From Paragordius varius (taxonomy: Eukaryota; Animalia; Nematomorpha): a DNA stretch of 64,000 nt. Position 1 is the first letter of the stretch. Each line of letters opens with the position of its first letter. Under the pieces are notes generated by a model. That model had not been told where the DNA came from, did no database searches, and was given only the letters and a program-made list of their open reading frames with translations. Positions 24,227-37,900 of the stretch are shown here, piece after piece. The stretch covers positions 930,001 through 994,000 of the forward strand of contig OZ176053.1 in NCBI GenBank assembly GCA_964247055.1. Direction: 5' to 3'. A program made the translations under genes and the position numbers.

Positions 24227-25004
24227 CAGTACGTATGCAGTAAAAGATTGTTAGTGCAAATTAATCTTAATGAACACAAAACAGGGGGATATTATGGAGT
24301 GTAGACAAAATCAGGGGACAATCTTGGTAAATGTAAAAATGCGCATTTGGTTTTGTAAAATTGCGATGAAAAATTGCAAAAATATTAGTGAAACATTATT
24401 TCCCAGATTTCTTATAATAAAATATTAATTTTTGTGATTTGAATTATGGAAATGTACAAATACAATTAGAAATTATACAAAATATTTATTTAAATTATTA
24501 ATTGCTTTTCTCGATCTATTTAAAACTGAATAAGCGTGAGGTGAAAAATTAAAATATTTTTAAAATTTAGGGTTTTTTGTTAAAAATAAATTAAATAAAT
24601 TTACTAGTTAAATGCATTGCTTATATTATTATTAACCTCTTATTAACTGCTAAACTTTTAGATTTCTTAATTTTTTGTAATTTTCACAACATCTAATCTT
24701 CTAGTAACGTTATCTAAATTGGATATTTACTGTAATACATTTCTAGAAGTTTGTTGAATATTTGGTATTGTGGCTTCATTTTCTTCTGAGTATTCATAAA
24801 CATTTAATAAATTTTCAATAAAAAACTTCATAAATATTTCTCACAAAAATTTTATGTATTAGCTTTTCAATACCAAATATGCCGACCAAATGTCCTCAAT
24901 TTTCATTTATTAATTATAATTCAGTCCTATTTATAAACATATCCATAATATCCCCCTGTTTTAGATTATTTTGCACTAACAATCTTTTACTGCATACGCT
25001 ACTG
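24227..25004. mobile_element. Tc1/mariner-type MITE, ~70-bp TIRs, TA target duplication
   Basis: TA|CAGTACGTATGCAGTAAAAGATTG ... CAATCTTTTACTGCATACGCTACTG|TA. The empty site GAATATT-TA-ATGACG is at ~3970 in copy 1. Confidence 0.9.
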
Positions 25005-26536
25005 TAATGACGATTTGAACATTTTTAATACCTTTTTTTTGTCAAACAACCTTACTTCTTTGCATTTAAATTTAACAAAACTCAAACATATTTATTTTTT
25101 TAAAACAGTTGTTAAAATCCGTAATATAACGATAAAAGATAATTAATTAGAATTAAATGAAAGTATATTTAGATATTATAAACGATACGTGAAACTCTTC
25201 GTCAATAGTAATCGCAGACTAGTTTCGTGCTTGTTAGCACTCATCAGTACGAATCTATTTAATTATCCTTTATCGTTATATTACGGATTTTAACAACTGT
25301 TATTACAAAAAATAACCAATCCGTTATTTACCATTACAATATATGTTTTTTATTTATCAGTTTATATTTATCAATTATTTTTATTTATTAACTGTTTTTA
25401 TTCAATCAGTTGTTTAATCTGTTTTTATACAATGTTTTATAGGCTATTTTAAAATTTTGATATAATGTTTTTATATGGTTTAAAACATTTTTTTAGCTAA
25501 AATTTTTAATAGCGTTTTTATTAAATTAAATTTAATTATGTAACAAATATATTTTCTTCAAATTTAGATATGTATAGCTTCCCTTAATTCGTGCAAAAAC
25601 TAAAACGAAACTTATAGAAGAACTCAACATTGAATTATCCCAAAGATGGTAATTATTTTTACTTTTTAAAGAATGATTTTCTTAATGTTTTGAAGACAAA
25701 AATGTTTTTAATAATCTATCTTTTCCTTAAATTATTTTTTAAAAAAAGAGTTATTTATATACCAACTATATAAAAACCGTAAAAGTCAGCTGATATATAT
25801 AGATGACTTTTACTTTATGGCTTAAAGGATTTAAAATGAATTAAAGAATTTTTTAAAACTTTCTCTTGGAAGCTGATAATACATAACACCCACTATTTAG
25901 CAAAATGTATGAAAACTTTAAAATTAAACATTTTATTTTAAACATAATTACTATTATATGCATTCTTATACTACCCTGATTTATTAATAATATTTATTTC
26001 TTTCCTAACTCACTTATGAAACTTACAATTATTTTTAGATTAGATATTATCTTTTGAAAGATTTTGTAAATATATAAATAAATTTTTGTTTTGAGTTTTA
26101 GCTTTATAATATTTTTATATAACTTAGAATGAGTCAACCAACCACTCTGTGGAAAACCGAAATATTTGGCTTACTATTATTTGGAAGTGGTATAAATATT
26201 TTAATTATATAACGGTTGTTTAAACTATAATTAATTTACATTGAACTTATATTTTTATATAAACGCCTTAAACAAATGGATTTCTTTCAGAACAGCTAAA
26301 ATTAAATTTTTCACTATCGCTATCTTTTCATAAAGCGGATGACCAAACCCCATTTTTTAGGAAAAAGCTGTTTATTTGCTATAACAATTTATTTTATGAT
26401 TCATTTTTATTAATTATATTTTTTTTCATCGATATCTTGTTTAAATATTTTTCATACAGTATGTATCTATTTTTGAATAATTTTGATCTTTTTGGTAACA
26501 TGTCGATGTTGTTTAACAGTAAGCTTTGATGGTACA

Positions 26537-26950
26537 TCATCGTAAGCTATCCATCGTGTTTTTTATGAAATAGTTCTTTATCAATAGAATCTGTTTTAGC
26601 AGATTGTGTTCTTGGATCTCCAGATCAATCTTTTTATCCCAGGTTAGGTGTAGGCCACCGAGCTTATTGTTCCCGGGTGGAATGATGTTGAATGAGGTCC
26701 TGATCGGATTGTCAGGATTCATACGGTCAGTAGTACCTCATTTTTTTGAATTGGGTAAATTTGTCTATTGGCTCCATTTGTATGTATATGATTGCGGATA
26801 TCTTGGGGATTTAGTTGCGTTGATATCAAGCGTAGTATGCGATTTCCGCGCTGATAAAACGTTTTTCTTGAGTTTGTGTTAATGCCATGGTTTCTGTAGC
26901 ATATGTCAAAATTGGTCTTATTCCCATTTTATAAATTAAGCCTTTTCTTT
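26537..26950 (-). mobile_element. Decayed RTE-LINE 3' fragment (duplicate of 5483-5880)
   Basis: Near-identical to the copy 1 fragment. Confidence 0.7.
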
Positions 26951-28289
26951 TGAGTGGGGTTTTATATCTAATTCTACTATGCCTTATTATCTATCACTGT
27001 AAATAATTTGCTATATTAAGTTTTTTTGGTGTAGTTACTAACTTTCGAATTAATATTTTTTTAATAATCATTTTTAAAATGATTCTAGGTGGTTGATTGA
27101 ATAAATTGTTTAGAAACTTTGTAAAACAGTTAACGTATGTTTTTGGGTGAGAAATAGCTATTTTCTTTAAAAATGATTGTTTAATATATCATTGATAAGT
27201 TTATTTAATGTTCTTTAACTTTGTCACATGTGGATGAAAATATTGTACTTGCAATTTTTTGTTTTGCTTCCCAACGTAAATCCCTACCATAGGCTCAACT
27301 TATAGTAAAGATATTATTTATATTGCCTTAGGTGATGAAATACTAGGGTTACTAGAAATAATTATTTTAGCAATATAAGGAATAACTTTAAGGGCTTCGA
27401 GTTTGTGGGCTAGGGTTAGGGTGAGGGATTGGAGTTGGTTCATTTTCCTAATTAATTTTATCCTCAAACCCTTCTCTCTAAATTTGTAGATTTCTTTTAT
27501 TTTTCTAATTCTTTTATACCATTTTAGAAGACTTCAAAATTTTATTTGTCTGCGAACATTTCAATAGAATCCTAATAATGATTTGTAAAGAAATTAAAGG
27601 CTTATATTTTCATGGGCTGGGTTAGGTTAGGCGCAGGATTTCTTTATTATTTTTTATAAGTTTTACTTAATCATAAAATTGGAATTTGTCAGCTAATTTT
27701 GTGTTTTAATTTAGGAAGTAAAATTGTTAATCCCTGCTAAATTGTAAAGTAACTGCATAATTTTGAAGAACTGGAAAGCTAATTTTATTTTGTATTTGGA
27801 CGGTGAAAGCTCTTTTCCCAGTAACATTAAATTTGTTTTTAGCCTTTTTACGATGTTGGATTGAATCAAGGCGAGTTTGTGCACTATGGTTAGGTTAGAG
27901 TTTCCCGAATTATAAATAAGCCACAAAAACTATAATTATGCTAATTTTATGTTTTTATTCATTCAGAAACAAACACTATTGACCGAGAAACAGAAAACAA
28001 AACTGGGACAACTAGACAAGAAACAAAGCGAACTTACCAGAAGAAACAAATAATTCATCTAGACAAGAATTAATATGGAACAATCAATAATATAAATATA
28101 TAAGATTCAATAAATGATGAAATTGTTTTATTTTATCTTTTTTTAAAAAAAATTTAAAAATATCAATAAATATATATAACTCCCCCCCCCCCCCCCCCAA
28201 AGGGCGAGAAAAAAAATTAAAAAATATTCTAAGTCCAAAACTTAATTTTGAGCGACCGGGAGTATGAGTGCTCAAAATAAAATTTTAGA

Positions 28290-28920
28290 TTTAGGGGCCG
28301 ACTCTTTTATGGGATAAATAAATCCTCCTTCACACGTTTGGAGAAAACAACTCTCAACATATCAAGAGTTGATTTCCCCAAAGGAGGAAATGTTCTCCCA
28401 CGAGAGAGTCTGCCCTGTAGAATGAGAGTTTGTTACCCATCCAAATCATCCCCGAGTAACACGCAGGTTGTTGCATTGAGGACCCGACCAAGGCTCGTTG
28501 TCCATCGTGGCTCACAAGCTCCGCAAAGGACATCTTCCCACAAAGCCAATCCACACCTAAACATTACATTTACCTCGAAATACGTAGCATCTCACGCCTG
28601 GCTCTTGTCCATATATCCTCCCATCGATCGGCCACTTCCAAGTCCCGCGCATTCGATCTTTCCAAGGTTCTGGTCAAAGCTCCGCAATGAACGCTTTTTT
28701 TTCATAGTTTGTGCCAATCAACCTAAATAATACATTTACCTCGTAATAGAAGCATTCGTTTGGCCCTCGCAATCTCTGGTTTCTAGTCTTCATTCACGTT
28801 CCCATCCCTTTCCGTATAAGAAGAAGGCTTAAGTCCTTCAAAAATACGTTTCCAACCATCCTTCCCATATAAATTTATTTAAAATTGCGATGATAGGCGC
28901 TCAAATCACTCAATACATAT
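28290..28920. other. Second copy of the unexplained GC-richer island
   Basis: Near-identical to 7320-7940, with indels and stops. Confidence 0.5.
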
Positions 28921-30267
28921 ATATATTGACTTTTAGTTTTCAAGCGTTAACATAAACAAAGTGTGAAATTTATGAAACAGAGGATCATCTTTGAGATTAT
29001 CTTTTTAATATTTTTGATTAAATTTACCAGCTTAATTCCTTATTATATGCTCTCTATATGTATTTAATCAGCGGAATTGGTAGAAATAGCTAAATATATG
29101 TGGGTGTGCATTATAATCTTATGCCATTAAATAATTATATTTTAATTTGCACATGGAGCGCATAATTTCATTCAATCCAGCTGGTCACTCTTAGTCTGTA
29201 AAACATATCAAGGTGTATCATGAAAGGGTGTAGCAGACCCTCGTACTGAAATTTTGCCCAGTTGCCAATGATTTAGATTTTACCCAAATTGTTATTTGTA
29301 TCGGAATTAATAGAAAGCTTTTAGAGCGCAGTGATATAAGATACACACACATCTTATGCTATAAAAGTATTTTATTGGTTTATATTATATCAAAGCTCCT
29401 GAAAGACCATAAAAAAGCCAGGCAAGAAACCCAAATACATTTTCGGATTGCAAAAATGTCGTTAGTTTCTCAATGTGATAAAATGTATTTAATTTATGTG
29501 ATATAATTGTAAATATATGCTTAATTTAAAAAATTTATAAACGTGATTTTTTTTACAGTTTGTTAATAAAAAGTTGTATCCATATTCTTATTTTAGTTAA
29601 TAAATTGTTGTATTATATTTTTGTTTAGTATTTTTTGAAATACCTTTTTAATATTAGTATTTTAAATGAGTTTGATTATAAATTTTTAAGAACCTATGGT
29701 AATAATATTTTGAACATATTATGGAGATTATTTTTCTTAGCCTACCTTTGCAATTAGAAGTTATAGTAATTCCTATCAAGCAATAGGTGGCTTTATGAAA
29801 CGAAAATTTTAAGGGGACAGTTCTAATAATATTTTGGTTTGATTTATCATTTAATTTCAACAATAAATACAATTTTAATAATATATTCTTTTATCACCAA
29901 TTTTCAAATTTAATGTTCATCTATAAATATTAAATAACTCTATTTTGCAAAAACCATAAAATATTAATTCTTCAAGAACAAAAAATGGATGACAATGCAT
30001 TTCTTTATATCTTAACTTATTTATCATCTCTTGCTTTCATTTTGTGTATATATATAAAATAATTATTCTAAATTGGAAATAAAGACTAATCTCCTGTCTA
30101 CGGAAGATACAATTTTTCCGAAAAAAAGAGATATTATTAAAAATAATAACATTCTATATTTAATTTTTGGATGACACCAATTATAATTTTTGTATGCACG
30201 CTTGAAAATCGTGGCGCATTCATTTGAAAGTGTTTCGCATAAAAGGGAAGGCAGGTAATGTAATGCA

Positions 30268-31506
30268 ATGAAGTTACAAAAACCGACAATCCTCATATAC
30301 GGAGACAATGAAAACGTAAATGCAAAAATTATTCATGCCTTAGCTATTGTATTTGTGTTTGGTGTGATTGGGAACATTGTTATATTGGCCATTGTTTTGA
30401 GCGAAAAACACGGCACAATAAATGATTCTCGCCGTAAATTCCGCCATTGTATCATCTATATTGCAAGTTTATCCATCACACTTTTTTGTTTTATGCTCAC
30501 TTGGGTGAATCACGATATGAAAAGACCGCAAAAAACGCATTCCCTCAGATCGGCATATTGGTTTGCTCATGTGGATTGGTTTGTGGAGGACATTCTACTA
30601 ACCATCATAAATTATGTGTTATGTTACATGGCTATAGATCGAATGTTGGCTACAGTTGAGCCGGTGTTTTATCTCAACTACATGACCCTAAAAATGTTAA
30701 ATATTGTCATTGCTTGCATATTTGTCGGGAGTGTCACCATGTCGATTCCTCTCATTTTTTATTACCAAGTTTTTCGAATCTTCATAAGTCCTGTAACACT
30801 TCGCATTGAATACTTGGTAGGTTTAAGTCCCAAAGTATGGACATCAGCACAATCGAAAACTGTAATGTCTCTCCTACCAAAGGGTCCGGAAACAGCATTT
30901 TATTTTTCTAATGATTTCTTCACGAATGCCACAACAATGAACAATCAAAGCAGCGTTCATTATATTACACAATACATGGTGCTCGCTAACAATAACGTAG
31001 CTCACTTTTCCCTTGTGTACGATCGCTGGTCTGGCGTCATAAATGATTTAGTTCCTACTCTTATATTAATCACATGTAATTTAGTTACACTTTTTGGCTT
31101 GTGTCGTCGATTTAGGAGACAAAAAAACCGTATACTAGCTTCAGGCATGTTACCTAATCAACAACACAGCATTATTGTGTTTAACGTGGGCAATTCACCA
31201 ACTTCGATGGAGACCGCACAAGATAACACAACTGAAAGCAAAATTCAATCAATCCGCACTAAAAACCGAGATTTAACTCTAATGACCCTAGTTTTAAGTC
31301 TGACTGCCCTTGTATTTTCAACACCATGGACCATTTACGTATTCATGAAGGATAAAGCTTGGACCGACAGGCTTATAGATGAACGTCCCTACCTGCAATT
31401 CCTAGTTTATGTAATGTTATATGGTCAATACAGTATCTATCCCTACATTATTATATCAACTACACCCCATTTCAGGCATAAGATTGCACAAACGCTACAT
31501 ATATAA
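30268..31506 (+). CDS. Class A GPCR paralog, intronless, 412 aa
   Basis: Same motifs as 9100-10338; seven amino-acid differences between the two translated ORFs. Confidence 0.9.
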   Translation: MKLQKPTILIYGDNENVNAKIIHALAIVFVFGVIGNIVILAIVLSEKHGTINDSRRKFRHCIIYIASLSITLFCFMLTWVNHDMKRPQKTHSLRSAYWFAHVDWFVEDILLTIINYVLCYMAIDRMLATVEPVFYLNYMTLKMLNIVIACIFVGSVTMSIPLIFYYQVFRIFISPVTLRIEYLVGLSPKVWTSAQSKTVMSLLPKGPETAFYFSNDFFTNATTMNNQSSVHYITQYMVLANNNVAHFSLVYDRWSGVINDLVPTLILITCNLVTLFGLCRRFRRQKNRILASGMLPNQQHSIIVFNVGNSPTSMETAQDNTTESKIQSIRTKNRDLTLMTLVLSLTALVFSTPWTIYVFMKDKAWTDRLIDERPYLQFLVYVMLYGQYSIYPYIIISTTPHFRHKIAQTLHI

Positions 31507-31990
31507 CGTAAATCATACGGACAAAACGTAAAATGTAAAAGACAAATGGTTTTTTTAAACAAAACAACCTCACTGTTTTAATCCTTGTTTTTCTACATAA
31601 CCTATAAAATTTACATCTCGCCGCCCAAAAAAGTTTTTTTTATATAAAATATGGTTTAAAAAAGTATGGATGTTTTTAAAAAAAATTATCTTTAAAATTT
31701 CGATTAATCGAAAAATAGCGAACCAAGATAATAAATATGGTTTTTAAATCGTGTAATAGTTATTCTGTAATTTGTTACAACAAGTTTTGCTAATTATTTG
31801 CTAAACACCAAAAACTAATATATAAGACATATCAGACATTTATGGTTCTACACAATTTCTAAAATTTATTCGGTATTTTTAAAAATCTACTGTTTTTGGT
31901 AATTTTACATTTTTTCATAAGCATTTAACAAAGTTGAAGCGTTGAAAGTTGGATGAAAGTTAAATAATTACATAATTTCTTGAAAAAAAA

Positions 31991-34900
31991 TCATTTCCTA
32001 AAATATGACAAGGTGTATCTCACGGTGACAGGAAATTGACTGTAAAGTCTTTTAACCTAAATATATAGCATAAATTAAATATTAAATATTCCGTTTTTAT
32101 TAATTATTTGATATAAGAAAAAAAATTTACTCCAATTTTAAGTGGTTTCGTTAAAAGATTAGCGGTTACAGAAAACATATCATTCCCGTAAGCATAAATA
32201 ACTTCACCCTTGAAACCGGGTTGAATAGGTTTCCCATCAAACTCAATATCTACATAAATGATAAAATAAATACAGTAAAAATTGAAATTATAATATGGAC
32301 AAAATGTAACAATATAAAGACAAATATTTTTTTTCTAAAAGACAACCATACTTTTTAATACCTTAATTTTTCTTATATAAAATATATAATTACCACTGTA
32401 AAATATATAATTAAACCAAAATACATCTCAAATCAAATTTAAACCATAATATAAATTTAAAAAAACAAGATTTAAAAAATATGGTTGTCCTTAAAAAAAA
32501 TATATTTGTTTTATAATTTTTGCGTTTTGTTCTATATATTCCTATTTTTACTGTATTTGTGGCAAATTTAGATAATCATTTAAAGCACATTAAGGTTCTT
32601 TAAGTTTTTTATCATTTTATTTTAATCGAATGTTAGTTTAGCATATCTTATATTTTTGAACAGTAAATAGAGATATTTTTAAAATTTGCCTTAACACTTT
32701 GCGACAATTTTCCGGCTTAGAGTGAATTTAAATATAAATATATCAAAAGTATACCTATTTTTTAATTTAATTTTTTTCTAAATTCGAGGTAAAGAAGTAT
32801 GGCCGCTCTTACTCGTTATGATTTGTTTTTTTACCTTTAATTTTTACTGTAAATTATAGCTTGTCAGCTGTTTATAGCAGAGATGGTCAAAACAAATGGC
32901 TTTGATGGGCCGCATTTTTTGATTATAACTGGGCATTTATTATATATTTTATTGAATTTCAAACATAAGAGTATAAGAAAAACATAATTTTTATAGTTAG
33001 TTGCCGATTGGAAAAACATATTTAGATTTTGTAAAAAAAATTTTTTTACTAATTACGATATTTTTGTTAAACATCCTATTTGCAATACCCTTATCCTTAC
33101 AAGTTTAAACTTGAACAAGTCAACAATTAAGATTAAATTTAATCAATTATATAAATAATATATATTTATCATATCATATACGGGGATAGTATTTGGGAAT
33201 TTCTCCAAAGCTATCTTGATGTTTTTCAGCAGGAGCATGCCACGATATAAAGGAATCTCCAGGTTTAAGTTCTGCCAATATCTTTACCACTTCTAAAAAT
33301 ACATTATAAAAATTGAGATATTATACAGACAAAACGTAAAAACTAAAAAGCAACCACAGTTGTCAAACCTTGATTCTATTAAATATATGTCAAATAGATA
33401 GAAATGTCTCTCATTTGTACATGTGAGAAAGATCAAAATTCACAAAAGTATGATTGCCTTTTGTTTTTAAAAAAAAAATATGGTTTTTTTAGATTTTAAA
33501 TTTATATGTGTCTAATTTCAATTTTTACTGTAAAATAGTATACAGTCACAAATCGGGATATACGCCGTAAAGCCAATTAAAAAGTAATTTAAAAATTTAA
33601 AGATGAGAAACACCCTAATTCCATGTCTTATTGGGCAGGGAAGGTTAAAGTTTTCATTCTTATGGTAAAGCAATTTAAGTCTAAACAAAAGAGTCAAAAA
33701 TCAAAATTTTTTATAAATTTATTTATAAAAACAAGGTATGAAAACGTGAAAAAAATGTTTCTACTATATAAGACCATATTATTACTAAAATATGATTTTT
33801 TTTCAACAGATTTTTAAAATATAACATTTTCTTTAATGGTACTAAGTAATTGAATATATCATAAAATGGTAAACTCTATGTTAAAATTCACGTTGTCTGT
33901 AACCTTATAGGTTGTGGTTATAATGAACAAGGTATCTATCTTAAAAGAAATTTTTGCTTTTCTTTTTTATAAGGCATACTTGTGTCTGTTTTCTCTAAAA
34001 CAAGGTCTTGCTTAACTTGAACTTTTTCACAAGTGTCGTTTTTTCCCCCACAAACACCACACCCATCTACTACCAATTCCGAAAATAATTGGTCATCGCA
34101 TCCAATACTCTAAAACATATTTTTAGTATATCACAGTAAAAGACAAAAATTATACAGACAATATGTAAAATATATATTTTTTGAATTCCAACCTTGATTT
34201 TTTTTCTTCTAAATTACAGTAAGAATCGAAATTATATGGACAAAAGGTAAAAACATTAAGACAAATCTTTTTTTCAGACGACAATAACGAAACTTTTTAA
34301 CCTTGATTTTTTTCTATTTAAATTTTTTAATTACAATAATATGTAATTGATTGTGTTGGCAATTTACATTCTATATCCTACTATTTGGACTACTCATATA
34401 AGGTATCTAGGGACCCCAGACATATTTAAGTTAATATTTCAAAATTTACTGAAAGATACGGTTCTAATTTAAATTTATACGTCTATCCTAATAAAAATTA
34501 TATAAAAACACCAAAATATTTTAAAAAATTTAGTTTTAAAAAGAGTTCCATATCAAACTACTTCAGCACCATTTTTTATTTTATAACACTTTGCAGAATA
34601 TCGTGTAAAATAAGTAATATCACGTTTTTTAATTGAATCGTTTTGTATATTTCGACGCATCCATCTTATATAAGTAAAATTTTTTGCAATAGTTTCAATT
34701 TGCTCCATATTTTTAGAAATATTTGCTTTTAAACAGACCTGGGTCGCCCAATTCGAATCGGATGACTGAAATGAATCTGTTGTATCCAAGTGTTAAATAA
34801 TGAGCTTTATAAAAAAACATCAAGTGTTTAAAAAGTATAGCAGCAGTCTTTTAAATAAAATATTTGTCTTTATGGTTTTACGTTTCGTCTGTATAAAATT

Positions 34901-37900
34901 CCAATTTTTACTTTTGGGTAAATTTTAATACACTAAATTATATACAATTGGCTGGCCATTTAAACAAATATATCGTCGATTATTCTCCTGCAAAAAGGTT
35001 CCGTCCGAAGCCATTCTTTCGTAAAGAACTTCGTTTTGATAATTTTCACAGTACACCATACATTGTGTTGAACCTAAAAAGTGTATAAATTAATGGTTTA
35101 TATTATATGATAAAAAAATGTTTTGAGACAACAATATAAAACTATATATATTTTGAGTGATGTTTCAAATAAAATGTCTTTAAACAAAGGAGAATTTCAA
35201 CTACATACAAACGTAAAAATAGGTTCCCATTGTTAGTTATTTCATACATTAAAAAAGACATCGTTTAAATGAACTTTAAATATCATTTAAAGCAGGGGTG
35301 TTCAACACAAATGGCTTGAAGAGCCACCTTTTCGACTTTAAAATTCCAAAGAGCCACTTTTTATTTATATATATCCAGACATAGGTAACTAATAAATTTA
35401 TTATATTAACATATAGACGTGCTAATTTTCATATAAAAAAGAAAATAAACAGTATAAATATAATAATGTTTACTAATTAAATTATATCAATGTGTAAAAA
35501 ATAAAAATACATGGATATGGTAAACTTATTTCAATTCGATAAGATGACTAGAGTAGACTGTGGCGAATTTAATTGCCAAAATGTAACCTTTTTTTATTTA
35601 ATAAAAATAAAAGAAATAAATATTTTTCATTGCATAATTAAATTTTTAATGGGATATTTGTTTTGTAATTTTTTTGCTTAATTTATTCAGATCAATATCA
35701 ATATCTTATACAGCACATCTCAATTCATTCTCCAAGTTTTCATCAGTTAATAAAGAACGTGAAAGAGATTCTGTGTATTTCATTTAAAAAAAACTTTTAC
35801 AAAGATAAGTGGACCCAAAAAAATTAGGAAATTTATCAAACGTTATATATTTTTTATAAAATTCAATTTTATTTGTTTGCCCAAATAATAATTTTAATCA
35901 ATATTGGATTGCAAATCTAGTAATTCTATTTGTAAATTAATAGGAGCGTTGATAGCTTCAACGTAGAATGGACAACAAAAAAATCAAATATTTTTTCATA
36001 TTTTGTCATATCCCCGTATCGATTATTAAAAGCTTTTGATAATATGTTAATTTGATATATTTTGAAAAATCGTTAGTTTTACCAGCTTTAATCTATTCGA
36101 TTCTGGAAAATGTTCAGCATTATTTTTTTTAAATGGCATTCAAATAACGTCAATTTTTTACAAAACGCTTTAATATGGTTATTCGCATCAACAATTAATT
36201 ATCTTGCTTTTTCAAGGATTCATCTGATTAATTTAGTTTTTCGGTAATATCTACGGAAGAGCATAAATCTGACAATTAATCTTCATTGGTTAATTCCTCT
36301 ACCAAATTTCTGCAATAGAAAAATATTTATTTTTAATAAATAATAAAACCTGTTTAAACATTTCCCTCGACTACGCCACCTTACATTTGAAAAAATTTAA
36401 GATCTCCATATATTCTGAATGAATTTCTTTTGATAACTCCTTAAACTGCTTATGCTTCAAAGCATGAGATTATATAAAATTAACTACTTCAATAACAACG
36501 GTCATAACATTGTCCATTGTCAGAGCATGTGCGCAGAGATATTCACGGTGAATCATGCAATGCATTATATATATGGTCAATATTAATACCATCGGATTAC
36601 ATCTTACTAAACAATAATTTCACGGTTCCCTTGTTTTTTCCCATCATAGCTGGTGCACCATCTGTTGTCAAACAAGATAGCGCCCTCATGTTTAAATTAT
36701 TGTCCTCAATACATTTTAAAATTGCATGAAACATATCTCCCTTAGTTGTATTTTCATCGGAAGTAAGCCTAACATATCTTCTGTTATATTAAAAAAATTC
36801 ATCTATCCCTCGAATAATGACTACCAATTGTGATATGTTGCTTATATCTGTGCTTTCATCAAAAGACAAGGAAAACGCCACAAAATTTTGAATTCTTTCT
36901 TGGTTAAATTTCTTCTGCGATGTCTGTAATTCGTCGACACATAGTATTGCGCGAAAGACTTATACTGGATATTAATTCAACTTTATTAGGCAAAACACAT
37001 TTTATAATTTCCAGTACGCATTCCTTTACAAACTCACCATCAGAGTAAGGCTTGATTTTTTTGGCGATTAAATTGGCAACAATATAACTTGCTTTTACTA
37101 TCGGATAAGGTTGCGTGAATGTGTTGGTTGGAGATTTTTAATATTTTTTAAGAATCTAATTTTATTATTTTCATTTCTGTAGTCATATTAATAAAATCCA
37201 AATGCATGGTATTGGCATGTCTTTTAAAATTATATTCGCGAAACCCGTTTGTCGTAAATTTGCAAATAAGGCACTCCGCTTTGTTGAAAATTTGAGTAAA
37301 CCCATATTTTAATTTTTAGTCGGGATTGTATAGTTACTTTTTTAAATCTATGCATATTGAAAGCTAAATAAATTATTTTAAATACCTTTTTTGCAAGTAA
37401 TTTAATGTTTCAATAAACCCAAATTATAATTCCTAGTATTGGTATGAAAGCTAAATAAATTATTATAAATACCTATTTTTTGCAAGTTATTTAATTTTTC
37501 AATGGACCTTAATTATAATTCCCAGTATTGGTATGAAAGCTAAATAAATTATTTTAAATACCTATTTTTTGCAAGTATTTCAATGTGTCAATGGACCCAA
37601 ATTATAATTCCTATTGGTATCAGAGCTAAATAAATTATTTTAAATCCCTATTTTTTGCAAGCATTTTAATGTTTCAATGGACCCAAATTATAATTCCAGT
37701 TGTGGTATGAAAGCTAAATAAATTATTTTAAATCCCATTTTTTGCAAGTAATTTTTAATTTAGAGTGAAAGTTATCATCTTGAAGTTGGAAATAACATGC
37801 AAGAAAAAATGTGTTTTATAAATGATCAAATGAATGCGATGATAGATATTTATAATAAAGAATTTTATTAGTTTCTAAAAATAATTTAAATGTCAAAATA

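Noticed and set aside
28338-28730. 130-aa plus-strand ORF
   Set aside because: Not conserved as an ORF in the duplicate island and has no recognisable motif.
32860-33940. Extra candidate ADAMTS exons (33600-33690, 33870-33935, the CGPSKP frame at ~32870-32930)
   Set aside because: Exons 14-15-16-17 join in phase without them and fit the spacer pattern, and some carry stops in copy 1. Alternative use cannot be fully excluded.
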